Made by a program: the position numbers and the translations under genes
The notes under the pieces: model-generated
Told to the model about the DNA's origin: nothing
The model's database searches: none
Seen by the model: only the letters and a program-made list of their open reading frames with translations
Assembly: GCA_010093815.1 (NCBI GenBank)
Contig: ML996565.1
Direction: 5' to 3' (one strand)
Source: Pseudovirgaria hyperparasitica
Lineage: Eukaryota
Length of the DNA stretch: 64,000 nt
Shown here: piece after piece, positions 48,380-60,249 of the stretch
Numbering within the stretch: position 1 is the first letter of the stretch
Layout: each line of letters begins with the position of its first letter

Positions 48380-51037
48380 TCAAGTCTTATCCTCTCTAGC
48401 TACTTCCACAAAGCTTTCGCTTCCTTCTCTTGCCCACACATGAATTCCAGGTCCAGTGCCATTTTCATACCACTCTCCTCCCCCATATCCGGGCCAGCCG
48501 GTATACCCACCAACTGCTCCCCTCATATATGGCACAACCTCCTCGCCAATCCTCATCTTTAGTGTGCCCACCTTGCGCAGCCACTCCCAAGTACTTACAT
48601 AAGCATGCGCCCGTGCATGAAAGTTGCCCGGCGCGCGCGTCTGCTCCTGTGCCACAGCAGCATTCCGTCCGAGCGAGGTGTTGTTCAGAAGACATCGCAT
48701 GGTAAACGCAAAGGGGCGATTGGAGAATATTACCGGGAGCGAGAAAATGGCAAGGAGCGTGTAGAGCACGAGAAGAACAATGCCGGGAATGGCATAGACA
48801 GCGTGAAAAGACAAACGAGGAGCGCGGACTTGGACATACGTCTGGTGTGTCAAAGAATCCTGGCCGATCTCCTCCATCGACGGATGCATTTTGGTCCCTA
48901 CCGTCACACTCGCCATGATGTCGGTCCATACCAAGCTTAGTATATCAGCACTGCCCTCGGCGGTCTTGCTCATCTCCGCCCACTTGCTTCGTAAAGCAAG
49001 ACAATGTAGGCCCGAGTAATTTGGCAGCCACATCTGGTCCGTGGCAAATGCGGATGTGAGAACTTGGGTCAGAACACCTCGCGGTGCGATTGTGCCTGCT
49101 AACATGTCTTTGAGGTTGACATCTGCGCGCCCGGAGCCTGTCGCAGTCATTTGCCAGCGTGCGGGCGAAGATGGTGGGAGGAGGAATGTCGGTGCACGAA
49201 CATATGTATAGCCTGGTGTGTCTGCTTCCGCAGGCGAGACGAGGCCCCATAAGGGGGTTGATAGCGCTGACTCTTTGCCCGGAGAACGCCAGTCTTCAGT
49301 TGCCCAAAGAGGATACTCGGATTCGCTGGCATAAGATTTGTCTCTAAGCGCCGTGACTTTAGTGTTATCCAGGGATGGGGTAGCAGAGGAATTGTGGGTG
49401 TAAGAGATGGTCTTGACAGAGGCGCGGACGGTGCCTGCGCAGATGCGGATGCTAGTTTTCCACCGAGAGCCCGCTTCTTCCTCAAGTACAGATCCGGAGT
49501 CGATGCGATACGGTGAACTGAGGAAGTAGCTGCATGCCATAGTGGGCGTGCCGTCGAAGGTGCTTTGGTCGCTGGCGCCGCCAGTGCAAAAATGCTGGAG
49601 CTGGGTGAGGAGGTAGGCGGCGTATTGGTACGGATATTGCTCAGCGATATCAAGTCGGCCAGTTGGTGTGTTTAATGAACCATCTGTATTCATGGTTACT
49701 ATAGGTAAGCCATACCAAGACACGTCTAGACTGGTGCTTGTCGGCTTAAGAGGGAATAGCAGGGTGCTGAGACTGCTGTTCATGGCTTGGAGGTCGAGGG
49801 GATATCGTCCGCTGGTTGTTGGATCTGTGATGTTGAATATCATACTAAGCAGTTTGTTTTGAACTTGGGCAACTTCGGTCGCGCGTGTTTGAACGTCCAA
49901 ACTCTCGATACCTTGGGAGATGGACTTCAAATCCCCAGACCACATGTTCGAAAAGCCACCGTCATCGACGAGTTCCACATCGGTCAACGGAAAATCATCA
50001 GGGTCATCCCCAGGTTGAAGGGTCATTTCGAAAGACAGGTTTGTACTGGCACAAGACAGATCTGGTGCTACCCAGAGAATGTCTTCCTCCCAAGTAGCTG
50101 ACACCTCTGGAGCCGAGTGATTGCGATATCCGATCCCGCCGTGCTCCATATCCACGACGTTGCCTTCAATGAGCATAGTGCCATAGCCAAGCGGAATAAG
50201 ATTGTTGACCTGTCGGTATAAGCCAGACACATAAGGTTGATTGGAGTCGATATTTGCGGAGAAGGATCGTTTCCAAAATCTGTACTGGAGATCGAAGATG
50301 CTAGCCACGGTCGACACTTTTGAGTAGCTTGTGAAGAATCTCCAGATATCCTGCGGAATATCTGCTGTGGAGGGCTGGACCTGTAGGACCCCCCCTCTCA
50401 CAGAAACGGTAACATTTGGACCATCGATTGCCGCTCCAGGGCAAACCTGAGTTGGAGATCCACAATCCCGGGAGAGCGGTTTTTCTGGTCGGTGTTGAGT
50501 GGCTTTGCCGAACGACGTTACATCGCGAAGATAGCTAAATTCGACTGTTTGATTTCCAACGATCTGGACTTCTTCATGAAAGCCCAGAGGTGTGACAATA
50601 CCGGCAACCAGAGTGAGTAAACTAAGAAGTCCACCGGTGAAGACCATGCTCGTGACGCGCCTTTCCACATTCCTTACTGCAGCAGAGTCTGTGCGAAGTA
50701 GCGACGGCCATGACGAAGAATGCAGCTGGCGAGCTATGACAGACCTGCAAGATCCTCAGTACATGGATGGAGCATCTGGAGCAGACGGAGTACTGACCAT
50801 GTCGCAGCCGAGGCCTCTTTATTATGATATCTGAGGAGGAACAGGCCTACCAGTAGAGGAATCGTATATGTGGCTAGTACAAGAGTCAAATACGGTCCAG
50901 TTAAGCTTGAGTGCGCCTCATCCGCCAAATGGCTTGCTCCTCGTATTTTTCAGTAGTCGAAAATACTCACCAATTTGTGTGCCAAGAGCAAGTAAACCAG
51001 ACGCCTGCCCAACACTCAGTGAGCGTATATTGTCCAT
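48380..51037 (-). CDS. Large conserved fungal membrane protein of unknown function
   Basis: MDNIRSLSVGQASGLLA, AATW|SV.ARQLHSSSWPSLLRTDSA after splicing, VAGIVTPLG, IFDLQYR, EG.VVDM..GGIGYRNH, C-terminal TM and TSLGR. Confidence 0.82.
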
Positions 51038-51746
51038 AAAGTCATAATCTCATCAAAATACGGCGCACAGCTCAATCATGCGTGCTGACTGTGAAGATCC
51101 AGCGAAGAGAATTGCAGAGAAAAGAAGAAAAGGGCGCCGCAATTGAGCAATGTCAAAGCTTTCCCTATACATGACGGAGGCCAATCCTGGCCCCCATACG
51201 AGCAGTTGAACAATGCATTTTCGCCCCAATGAGCTTTGCGAGAGACAGCCACTACGATAATTTAGTGTCTATTTCTGGCGAACTTGTATGGATTTGCGTT
51301 TCAGAGGTGAGGAAAGGGGACATTGAACAAAGACGTTGCTCTGAACCCTGCACCTTGTCGGGGGTTGCAACATCATTGACAGATGGTTGGTAGTCACGAA
51401 TATGATAGGATAGCTGCATCTGTTGTGCCGTGCCTCAGGCTGAATACGGGGTTGACTGGACAGCCTGCAACAAGAGGAGGGGTGATTACGATGAGATGAG
51501 TGAGCTGCAAGGAATAGCGTCCATCCATCTAGTGGTACAACGACTCTATAAAAGATCCCACTACAGAAGAGATGATGTTGTAGTGCTGAACGGCTCGAGG
51601 GGACTTTGAGGGATATTATGTGTATGTACAGCGTGCTTAATGTCAGTAGGTAACATAGAATTCTCTACATATATGTTACCTTGACGCATTACCTCGCTGG
51701 ACTATCTTTGGGTATTCTTAACCTCATAGCTGACGGAGATACGAGC

Positions 51747-52935
51747 CTAAGCACCGCCTTGCTCCTCTATAATGCGCCTGTTTAGGACGATCTTTTGTAA
51801 AATCTTATCAGCACCTTTTTCGACCAAGAGCCTCGCGGCCTCAATCCCGAACTCCTCCGCATCATGATTCGTTGCAACCTTCTTTGTCAGCTGGATTTCC
51901 GCAGACTCCTCGCCCTCTAGGCCCACCACAATCGCCTTCATTGTTAGATCGTCCGTGAATCGACTCTCTCCCTGCACCGCAGCCCCGGCGTGATCATAGT
52001 CGGCTGCAGGCTGGACACCGGTTGCAACGCCATCTTTGACCTTTCGCCAACTCGTTTCCACCCCGATGGGTACACTACACCCACCCTCTAGTGTCCTCAT
52101 CAAGCTGCGCTCCGCGAGGCACGCCTTGGTGGTCCATGGACACTGTATCTTCTCTAGTAATTTCTGAGTCGCTATGTCCTCGCTTTTAATCTCAATCCCG
52201 ATCGCGCCTTGGCCAACTGCATGTAGTACATTGCCTTCGTCCGGGTTGCTACTCAGGTTACTCGAGATCCGGTTTCCCAAACCCAGCCGAAGTATACCGG
52301 CAGCAGCCAGGATGATGGCCGCGTATTCTGAGTCTGGCGCATCGAGTTTGGCGAGTCGTGTACCGACGTTACCGCGCAGGTTGGCGAATTTGAGGTGCTT
52401 ATAGCGCAGCTTGAGTTGTGCAGAACGACGGAGGGAGGATGTACCAATGACAGAACCTTCAGGAAGGGTGGCGAGGGTCTTGTGAGTTTCAGCGTATTTT
52501 GGGTGAATTATTACGGCGTCACGGGCGTCCGCGCGAGGGAGGATCGCGCCAATTTTCATGTTTTGGGGGAGCTGGGTGGGCATGTCTATACTGATTGTTA
52601 GAGTGTGCTCAAGCTGTGAGTAGACTAGGTGCAATCTTGCCCTTCAGAGAGTGAACAATGAGGTCCAGCTTTCCCTGGTCGAGGAGGACTTCGAGCTCAT
52701 GTGTCCACAAGTTCTTTGCGTTCATTTCATGCAGCGCCGTCTTCTTGTCCGCGTCGCCGAGATTGGTGTCGATAGCCACGGTCTCATATGTCCGACCTGG
52801 CCATGCTTCACGCAGGGCACGCTCCGTAATTGTTGTTTGCATTCGTGCTAATGCTGACCGCCGGGTGCCCATTCGAATTGCATCGGGGACCCCAGCAGTC
52901 GGCACTGAGGGTGTCTCTGTGGCCGTGGCGGCCAT
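51747..52935 (-). CDS. HEM3: Porphobilinogen deaminase (hydroxymethylbilane synthase)
   Basis: GTRRSALA, KNLWTHELE, VHSLK|DMPT across GC-AG intron 52586-52640, GTSSLRR, LRGNVGTRLAKLD, AVGQGA, LEGGCSVPIG. Confidence 0.96.
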
Positions 52936-53211
52936 TGTGAAGATTTGGTAGATCAATTAATGCCGGAAAGCGCAATGAAGGACGAAGGAACCTTGGAGAC
53001 TAGACAGTTGAGAAGGATGGAGAAATTATATATTGTGAAGTCCTCAGATGGACAGCAACATAAGTCGAACATGATGCATTTGCGCCACTTCAACCAACCG
53101 CGGGGCAGTCGTTCAGCCTCCCCGCTGTGGCTATTTGGAAGTAGATTGATTGTTGGCCTGAGAATTAAGGCACTAAGCCTACTGCTCGGCTTCCGCTCAC
53201 GGCTCACAGGG

Positions 53212-53221
53212 ACCTCGGCTA
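53212..53221. promoter_or_regulatory. Putative FarA site ACCTCGGCTA upstream of PEX11C
   Basis: CCTCGG core ~141 bp upstream of ATG in the HEM3/PEX11C divergent promoter. Confidence 0.55.
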
Positions 53222-53353
53222 GCCTTGATGTTAGCGATCCAACCTTTATGCTCAAACTCATGCCAGGGCTAATTATGCCCTGAAATTCGCGTCTACAAAC
53301 GCTGGACACTTATATCATCATACCGGGACCTCTCATCCGTTTAAGCCGCGAAA

Positions 53354-54274
53354 ATGGCATCCTTTCCTCCAGCTTCCAACCTCAAGAAGCTGCAATCTCT
53401 CATCCATGCGCACACTGTATCCTCCCTCAACACAACCGACACTCTCCTCCTCCGAGCCTCTAAGCTCTTCTCTACCCCGGCCGGCATTGACAGTGCGCTC
53501 CTCACGCTCCAATACACCCTGAAGTTTGCCTCGAAGCGGCTTCAAGCCCGCCTTGAATCCCAACTCGCTGCGCTCGCCGAGAGCATCGCGTCGAAAGCCG
53601 AAGGCGCTCTACTGCCAGGCGAGACCATCGTAGCGGAAGTCCCCAGTCCGCCCGGCGCAAAGCGCATCGCGAAGCTGAGTGAGGGCGCGGGCAATCTGAG
53701 TGCAAAGATAAGCGATGTGCGGATGTTTATGAGACTATGGGGCTTGTTGGGCATGTACGCATGGGCTCGAAGCACCTATGCGGCGCCGCCGAAGGATACT
53801 ATTTTGAAAGCGATTGCATGGGGGCAGATCACCGTGATGACCGCTTTCCAGTTCCTCGAGAACGCTGTTTATCTCGCTAGTCAGGGCGTATTGAATGGTG
53901 AGGGCTGGCTGGGCGAGGCAGGGGCGCGGAGAAAGGGAGACTGGATGGTCAAGTCGTGTCAGTGCTGGGTTGCGTATATCGGTTTAGACTTTGTGAGATT
54001 GGGATATGAGTGGTATAAAGAAAGGAATGGGTTGAATGAGGAGGTTGTGAGTGGTAATGTAGAGAAAGAGAAGGAATTCAAGATGGCGGCGCTGCAGCGC
54101 ACGAAGGATAGGAATGCGTTATGGTGGAGGCAATTTGTGAAGCAAGCAGCATACTCGCCGATGGCGCTGCATTATAGTGTTACAACACCGCTGATATCGG
54201 ATACTACGATTGGATGGACTGGTATGATTGCGGGAATCTCAGGGTTGATGCATTTGTGGAGGCAGACAGCATGA
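53354..54274 (+). CDS. Peroxisomal biogenesis factor 11 family (Pex11C-like)
   Basis: STPAGIDSALLTLQYT, SDVRMFMRLWGL, FQFLENAVYLASQGVL, AAYSPMALHYS, C-terminal W.QTA. Confidence 0.85.
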   Translation: MASFPPASNLKKLQSLIHAHTVSSLNTTDTLLLRASKLFSTPAGIDSALLTLQYTLKFASKRLQARLESQLAALAESIASKAEGALLPGETIVAEVPSPPGAKRIAKLSEGAGNLSAKISDVRMFMRLWGLLGMYAWARSTYAAPPKDTILKAIAWGQITVMTAFQFLENAVYLASQGVLNGEGWLGEAGARRKGDWMVKSCQCWVAYIGLDFVRLGYEWYKERNGLNEEVVSGNVEKEKEFKMAALQRTKDRNALWWRQFVKQAAYSPMALHYSVTTPLISDTTIGWTGMIAGISGLMHLWRQTA

Positions 54275-54639
54275 ATGGAGGGGCAACATTAATCCGCAAC
54301 ATGAGCAGCCATCGAATAGTGTCCTCTCTGTGTTTGTCTTGCTGGCTTACTAGCAATTCTTGTGGTGAAATCGCAATGTATCTTACTTTCGTATATATTG
54401 CCTTCTCTTTGGCGATGAGACATTCGAATCAAGGCACTGCGCCCTTGCTCCATGACTATGTTCCTGACAGAAGTTTACTCCTCACCGGATGGTGCTATTC
54501 TGTGTACTTGCACTCCGTATCCAAGTCAGTCAGCAAGTCACTGCCGGATATCGGCCTCTGATTAACGCCGTCTCCGCCTATGCCACTGAGTCTGGATAAT
54601 TGATATGCACCCAACCAAGACTAAGATTGGCCCTCACAG

Positions 54640-57122
54640 TCAACGTCTGTTCTCGAGCCACTTGTCAGCTTCGTCCCAGGTACCTTTGTCCTTGACGAGA
54701 TCTCCCGCAACCTTGACGCCGGCATAGACCTAAGAATACGTTAGTGGTAGTCTCAGGCAAGTGTATTGCTAACTTACGGCATCCCAAAGATGGAAGGCAG
54801 TATTCAGGTCGCCTAGCAAGTCTTGACACTGTGGGAACCAATATTGTTTGGCGTTGGCTTTAACGTCGAGCTTAGCATCGTCTGAGGTGGGATCTTCGCT
54901 CCCAGAGAGCTCATCCAAGTAGGATTTGACCGCAACACCGAGTGCGCAATCATTAGGAAGGAGGAATGGGAGCCTATCAATTCAGTCGGACATTCAGCCA
55001 TAGCGGAAGCGTCTAGGACTTACTCTAAGCCAAGATCAGTCAATTCATCGAAACCTCGGTCAGCGTCTCCATTCAGAAGCAGTGTCACTAAGGAGACCTC
55101 GGCTAGGTCTCTTAGGCTCGAGCGGAGAGTTGATATTATAGAGTGATATCCTAGCAGGTTGCGACTCAGCGGGCCGGTGAATCCAATCGCATTGTGTTGC
55201 AACTTGCCAAGACAAGCGATGCGTGATACTAGAGATACAAACTCCTTATCCTTATCTGAGATAAAGGTCAGTATGAGTCGGACACTCGAAATTTCCGTTG
55301 GTGAATGCCATACCGTTACCGCGACCTGGTCCCCCACTGTAGTCAAACATTTTCGCCGTGTTTAAAAGGTTCATGCGTAAGAGCTCCACAGCCAGCACCG
55401 CAGCTTCTTCGAGCTCAGGTTCACCAGAAAGTTCTTTGAGAATTGCGTGGAGGACTTTTCCCCAGCGGGTCAATTGGTGTTTGTTATCGATATATTCCCT
55501 CATGTGCAAGAACCTCCACACTGCATTATCAAGAATCTCCTCCTTGGTGTTTAGACGAGCGAGATCTTTCGGGTCCATCCCTTTAGGTGTGATGGTGCTT
55601 TGTGCGAAGTCGGCGTCGTTCAGACTCTTGATAGCGAAGGAAAGAACCCCGGAACCCTTTGCTCGGTCAGCCAATGCTATATGTGTATCGAGATTGGGTT
55701 ACAAACTTTGTGTTTTGTTGTCTGGCTCTGAATGGAATCCTTCCTAACATTCCACGAACCAATCAATGGACGGGGATCTGACCATTCTTTCACATTTAGC
55801 GATTTTTCATGATTTTGGTTGAACCAGGTTGTCAGGACAACGTCTTTGTGTTGATAGACTCGATGGAGTGAGTAGGTGAGGAGGGACAATGCGGCAGTGC
55901 GAATCGGCAGTAGTTGCTCACGAACTAGCCGACGGTAGTACTCTGACGTGCCATTGTCGACCGGCGGAAGTTCGATGATTTGTCCTGAGGTGCGCCAGGT
56001 CAGGACTCGGGGTGAGATGACGCCTCTTGAGAGATAGAAATATAGCTCGTCTGGAAGCCGTTGTCCAAGGATTTCATGCATATCACCGGGCGCCTGTTCA
56101 ACGTCGAATGATTCGATAGTTCCTTCTCTTGTGAGTACAATGTGGTGCTTGATAGCAAGCCTACTCTTGCGATAGTTGTCAACGTATCCCAGCCTCTGTA
56201 TTTGAGGATCCTCCTGGTAGTTCATGCAAACAGATATGCCGGTGCGTCCCGCACTCTGCATCATGTCTAGTGCGCCCTTGATTTTGAGTTGTTTACGGCT
56301 CTCGAGGAGGGGGAAGGTTGGTAGTATGGAGGTTCCAGATAGCAAGCAAGCGTCTACAAACATATCAGGCGTTATGCTGCCAAGGTCTTGGATGCATCGA
56401 TGTCTTCGGATCAGAGTGACACGTCCTTCTTCGAAGTCGAATCCAGTAATGACCTTGTCCACGTCGAACAGGAGGACTTCGGAGGAGCCAGCAATCGCTT
56501 GGATAGTGTCACTCATGCGCGAGCTGAGGTAGGCAAGCTATGCATTGTCAGACTATACTACAGCTCTCGCACGTCAATCTGCTGACCTGTGCGCACGCGC
56601 TGTACGGTGCGATCTGAAAGCGGACGTTCTGTTCGCGTAGTATGGACTGGAAGTACTTTAAGAGATCCAGGACAGTGACTGTGTCTGAGAAATGTTAGTC
56701 CTTTTATGTAGTAAAGAGGCGTCGGGGTCGCAGCGTATACTTGACTTCCTAAACATATCTACAGCCTTCTCAGCCTGATGGGCATCGTAGAGTTTCCATG
56801 CCTCTTCATTCACGCGTGCCGACTCTTCGGCCTTTCGAAAGAGCTCATCTTTGTTTTTTGCGCCCACATCCAGGCCAGGAAAGACGAAGAATGGTGTTAT
56901 GCCGGCATTAGCGAAGCGCTGGAGATCCTCGTGTAATTGTCTCTTCATACCAAAGGGTAGTCCCCCGACGGCTGGCAGTAATGGCTCTCGACATTGTGGG
57001 TCATCTAGTACGCGGGTCTTGAGGTAATCTGCGGCTTCGATCGCAATTGTGCAGCCCTTCAAATCATCGAGAGAGCTATGCTCCAGCAGATCAACAGTCC
57101 ACTCTTGGAAATCGCGTATCAT
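54640..57122 (-). CDS. MKT1: Mkt1 post-transcriptional regulator (XPG/PIN-like N-terminus, MKT1 N and C domains)
   Basis: MIRDFQEW, EPLLPAVGGLPF, PFFVFPGL, APYSACAQ|LAYL, GQRLPDELYFYLSRG, WRFLHMREY, LT.WGK, GFTGPLSRNLL; multi-exon, stop at 54640. Confidence 0.92.
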
Positions 57123-57508
57123 CCTGGGCAAATCCACCTGTGGTGACAACAGGCACCGCTAGACAATCGAATAGGGATCGTTCCGCGACCAATGAGAGTT
57201 CCTTTCGTGGCGAAGTGTGTGTTAGAGAGGGAAGTGTGGTAGGATGCTGCGTGTTTCTGGGATCGTGTGTTGCTGTGAGTGTCACCCACTTTTATAAAGC
57301 TCAAGCTCCCACTCCACAAAAGTAATACCTGAGCTTAGGTACCTACACCCCTCCAGGCCTGCTAACCGTATTGGGAGTTAGCGCCCAGACCTTCCTCCAC
57401 GGGCATGTATGACCCATCCATGCATCCATGTCTCTACGCCCGGGCAGTTCATGTCTTCTGCCCAAAGTTAAATAGATCAATCATCACGCACATCATTGTT
57501 ACCGAAAG

Positions 57509-58579
57509 ATGCCTGCGAGTACAACCAAAAACGCTGCTCAGATACCTGTCATCGATATTTCTACCGTAAACGATAGAACTGCAAGCGCTCTACTGGATGC
57601 TGCAGCGACGTTTGGCTTCGTGTTTGTAAAATACAATGGTACATCCATCACGCCACAGGCTGTTGATGACATGTTTGACACGGCGCGGACGTTCTTCAAC
57701 TCTCCTGTCGATGTAAAGAAGCTAGCCACAATCAACAGCAATAGTTCCCACAAAAACCGAGGGTGGCTTTCGATGCATACAGAAAACCTCGACCCGGCAA
57801 GAAACAAACGCGGGGACTTCAAAGAGGCCTTCAACCTTGGAGAGTTCGTTAACGGCAAAGCAGACCAACCTCTACCTCCACCTTTGGCGAGGGAGGAGAG
57901 CCGTATTGGTCAATTTGCAGACCAATGCCATGAGCTCTGTAATCAGATCTTACGTTTGTTCGCCAGAGCTCTCGACATACCCAGAGACGAGGGCGGTGAG
58001 ACCTGGTTCTCGCAACGACATGATCGAAGTAAAGGACCTTCCGGAAGTGTGCTTCGGCTGCTCTACTACCCAGCGTATGGAGGAGATGCTACGTCCGAAG
58101 ACATACGTGCTGGTGCTCACAGCGACTATGGTTCTATCACGCTGCTGTTCCGTCTACCTGGTCAACCGGGATTGGAGATCCTTACACCGTCTAATGATTG
58201 GTCTGCTGTACCTCTGAATCCTCTCAATGACAAGGACTTGCCCGTTCTCGTGAATATCGGAGACTTGCTATCCTACTGGACGAATGGTCTACTCAAATCT
58301 ACAGTACATCGTGTCGTCTTTCCGACACCATCCGTAGACCCGGGCAATGATGCAGCTGGCGAAGATCGTTATTCAATAGCATACTTCTGTCACCCTGAAG
58401 ATGATGCAAGACTTGTACCGGTGCCTAGCAAGAGAGTTCAGCTGAGGCATGAGCTTATCAAGAGGGAAGGTGTCGGGTTCGGAGGGGGCGCTGGCGCGCC
58501 TGGGGAAGACGGAAATGTCCTCACTGCAAGGGGACATCTTGACAGACGACTCAAGGCTACGTATGGAATGAAAGGGTGA
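57509..58579 (+). CDS. 2-oxoglutarate/Fe(II)-dependent oxygenase (IPNS/DIOX_N type)
   Basis: IPVIDIS, NRGW, DFKEAFN, LRLLYYP, RAGAHSDYGSITLL (HxD), STVHRV, RYSIAYF (RxS). Confidence 0.93.
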   Translation: MPASTTKNAAQIPVIDISTVNDRTASALLDAAATFGFVFVKYNGTSITPQAVDDMFDTARTFFNSPVDVKKLATINSNSSHKNRGWLSMHTENLDPARNKRGDFKEAFNLGEFVNGKADQPLPPPLAREESRIGQFADQCHELCNQILRLFARALDIPRDEGGETWFSQRHDRSKGPSGSVLRLLYYPAYGGDATSEDIRAGAHSDYGSITLLFRLPGQPGLEILTPSNDWSAVPLNPLNDKDLPVLVNIGDLLSYWTNGLLKSTVHRVVFPTPSVDPGNDAAGEDRYSIAYFCHPEDDARLVPVPSKRVQLRHELIKREGVGFGGGAGAPGEDGNVLTARGHLDRRLKATYGMKG

Positions 58580-59015
58580 TGGCTGGCAGGATTTGAGTTA
58601 TTAGCCTCATACGATGACTATCTTGATCGTTTATTACACACTATCTGGAGCATGTGAAGCGGTGTAGTAAGATAGCCTGTTCCACAGGCAAAGTATTCCG
58701 TAAGTTGCTAAGATGTGGCACGGAATAGTAATGGTTGATTGGAATTGGTAAGCACGTACAATTGATTGGAAGTATCAGCTATAGTCAGGCTTGCTAATCC
58801 CGAGGTTTGATTAGAAAACTTAACAGCATTCATGGCGTTAGCAACTGTGCCTCAGGCAACAAGAATGATATCCGGTTATTCCGCTCCACGAATAGCCAAT
58901 CAGCATGCATGACATCACAAGCACATAATATCTCATATGTATAAGGTGTATGGCTGAGCCGCGGACCACGGGCGTCCGGGACCTAAACTTGGAAGTGTAT
59001 GACGAATCGACGAAT

Positions 59016-59034
59016 GTATATATATATATATATA
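59016..59034. repeat. (TA)n microsatellite / TATA region upstream of GFA gene
   Basis: tatatatatatatatata read directly. Confidence 0.8.
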
Positions 59035-59112
59035 ACGAGTCGAAACTGTCCAGCACTGTCCTCATGCCAGTCTGCACTACCTCCTTTACCCTGACCAATC
59101 ATCACAGTCAAT

Positions 59113-59720
59113 ATGACTTCCGCATCTGCATCTGAAGCCGCAAAGAGAGGAGGCTCATACTTTCCTCTGGGAGGAGAGTCGCTTCCTGACGGACAAGCCA
59201 CGGCGACATGTTACTGCGGGGACGTCCAACTTGCCTTTGTAAACTCAGACTCCCGTCAGCTGCTGTATGCATCATCAAATTGTTGATAGCTGACTATAGT
59301 GTGCAGCCCGTCGAAGGCGAAGGCTTTGTTGACTCATTTCTTTGTAACTGTACCGATTGTCGCAAAGTCACAGCTTCGTGTTTCGCGTCCAACTTCATTA
59401 TCGCAGACACACATCTCATGCATACGCGTGGGCACGAAAAGCTCGCCAAATTCACCATGAACAAGACTATCGATACAGGCAATGCCATGACCAATGTGTG
59501 GTGCCAAACCTGTGGCACCCTCATGTATCGTGTAAGTAGTGGATTTCCCGGGAAAAGCATTCTCCGACTCGGAACCGTGGACGACTTTAACCTTGTGGAG
59601 ACGAAGCTGAAACCGAGGGTGGAGCAGTTCGTCAAGGATCGCGTTGGCTGGTCGAGTGGAGGTGCTCAGGGAGGTGTCCAGCAAGAACAAGGTAACTTTT
59701 ACGACAGCCGGAAGAGTTAG
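59113..59720 (+). CDS. GFA / CENP-V (Mss4-like) zinc-binding protein
   Basis: ATCYCGDVQLAF|PVEG across intron 59239-59306; CNCTDCRK, WCQTCGT, LRLGTVDD, KPRVEQFVKDRVGW. Confidence 0.92.
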
Positions 59721-60249
59721 TGATGGCCACGACAGAATCCACAGACGATGGGTGATTGAAGTTGACTGGTGTGTAGAGAAGACGACCGGGAGCAAGACGT
59801 CTGCGCGGATCTAAACAAAGGACCGTATCTACCAGGAGCCACCGTCCAATCGTAGCTCCGAGAGCTATATGATGCCTAGGTATTCATAGGTATCCATATA
59901 GTTGGAATATGATATGCCTGCATAGAGCGGCCCGTTTGAAATCGAATATCTGCAGGACAATTAGTATACCTAGTAGTGACACGACGTTGGGCCAATACCG
60001 GCGTCGCAGGAGGTCACTGTCAACATGTCACTCTCATGATGCACCCGCCACACCCCACCTGCACAGCCACCACAGCTGCACCAAAGTTTACTTCCATCAA
60101 TTCACACATCCACGGAAGTCTGACCTTGACACAGACCTCTTAAATCTCCGCCCACACCTACCACCCTCATTGCCGCATTTTCAACATGCTCCTCTTCCTC
60201 TCCACATCATCCTGCAAGGCGTCGTCGCCTCCGGATCTTCGACTCGGAC

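Noticed and set aside
51280..51600. Short hairpins and C/D-box-like words suggesting a snoRNA
   Set aside because: Boxes are imperfect and no terminal stem or rRNA guide could be identified.
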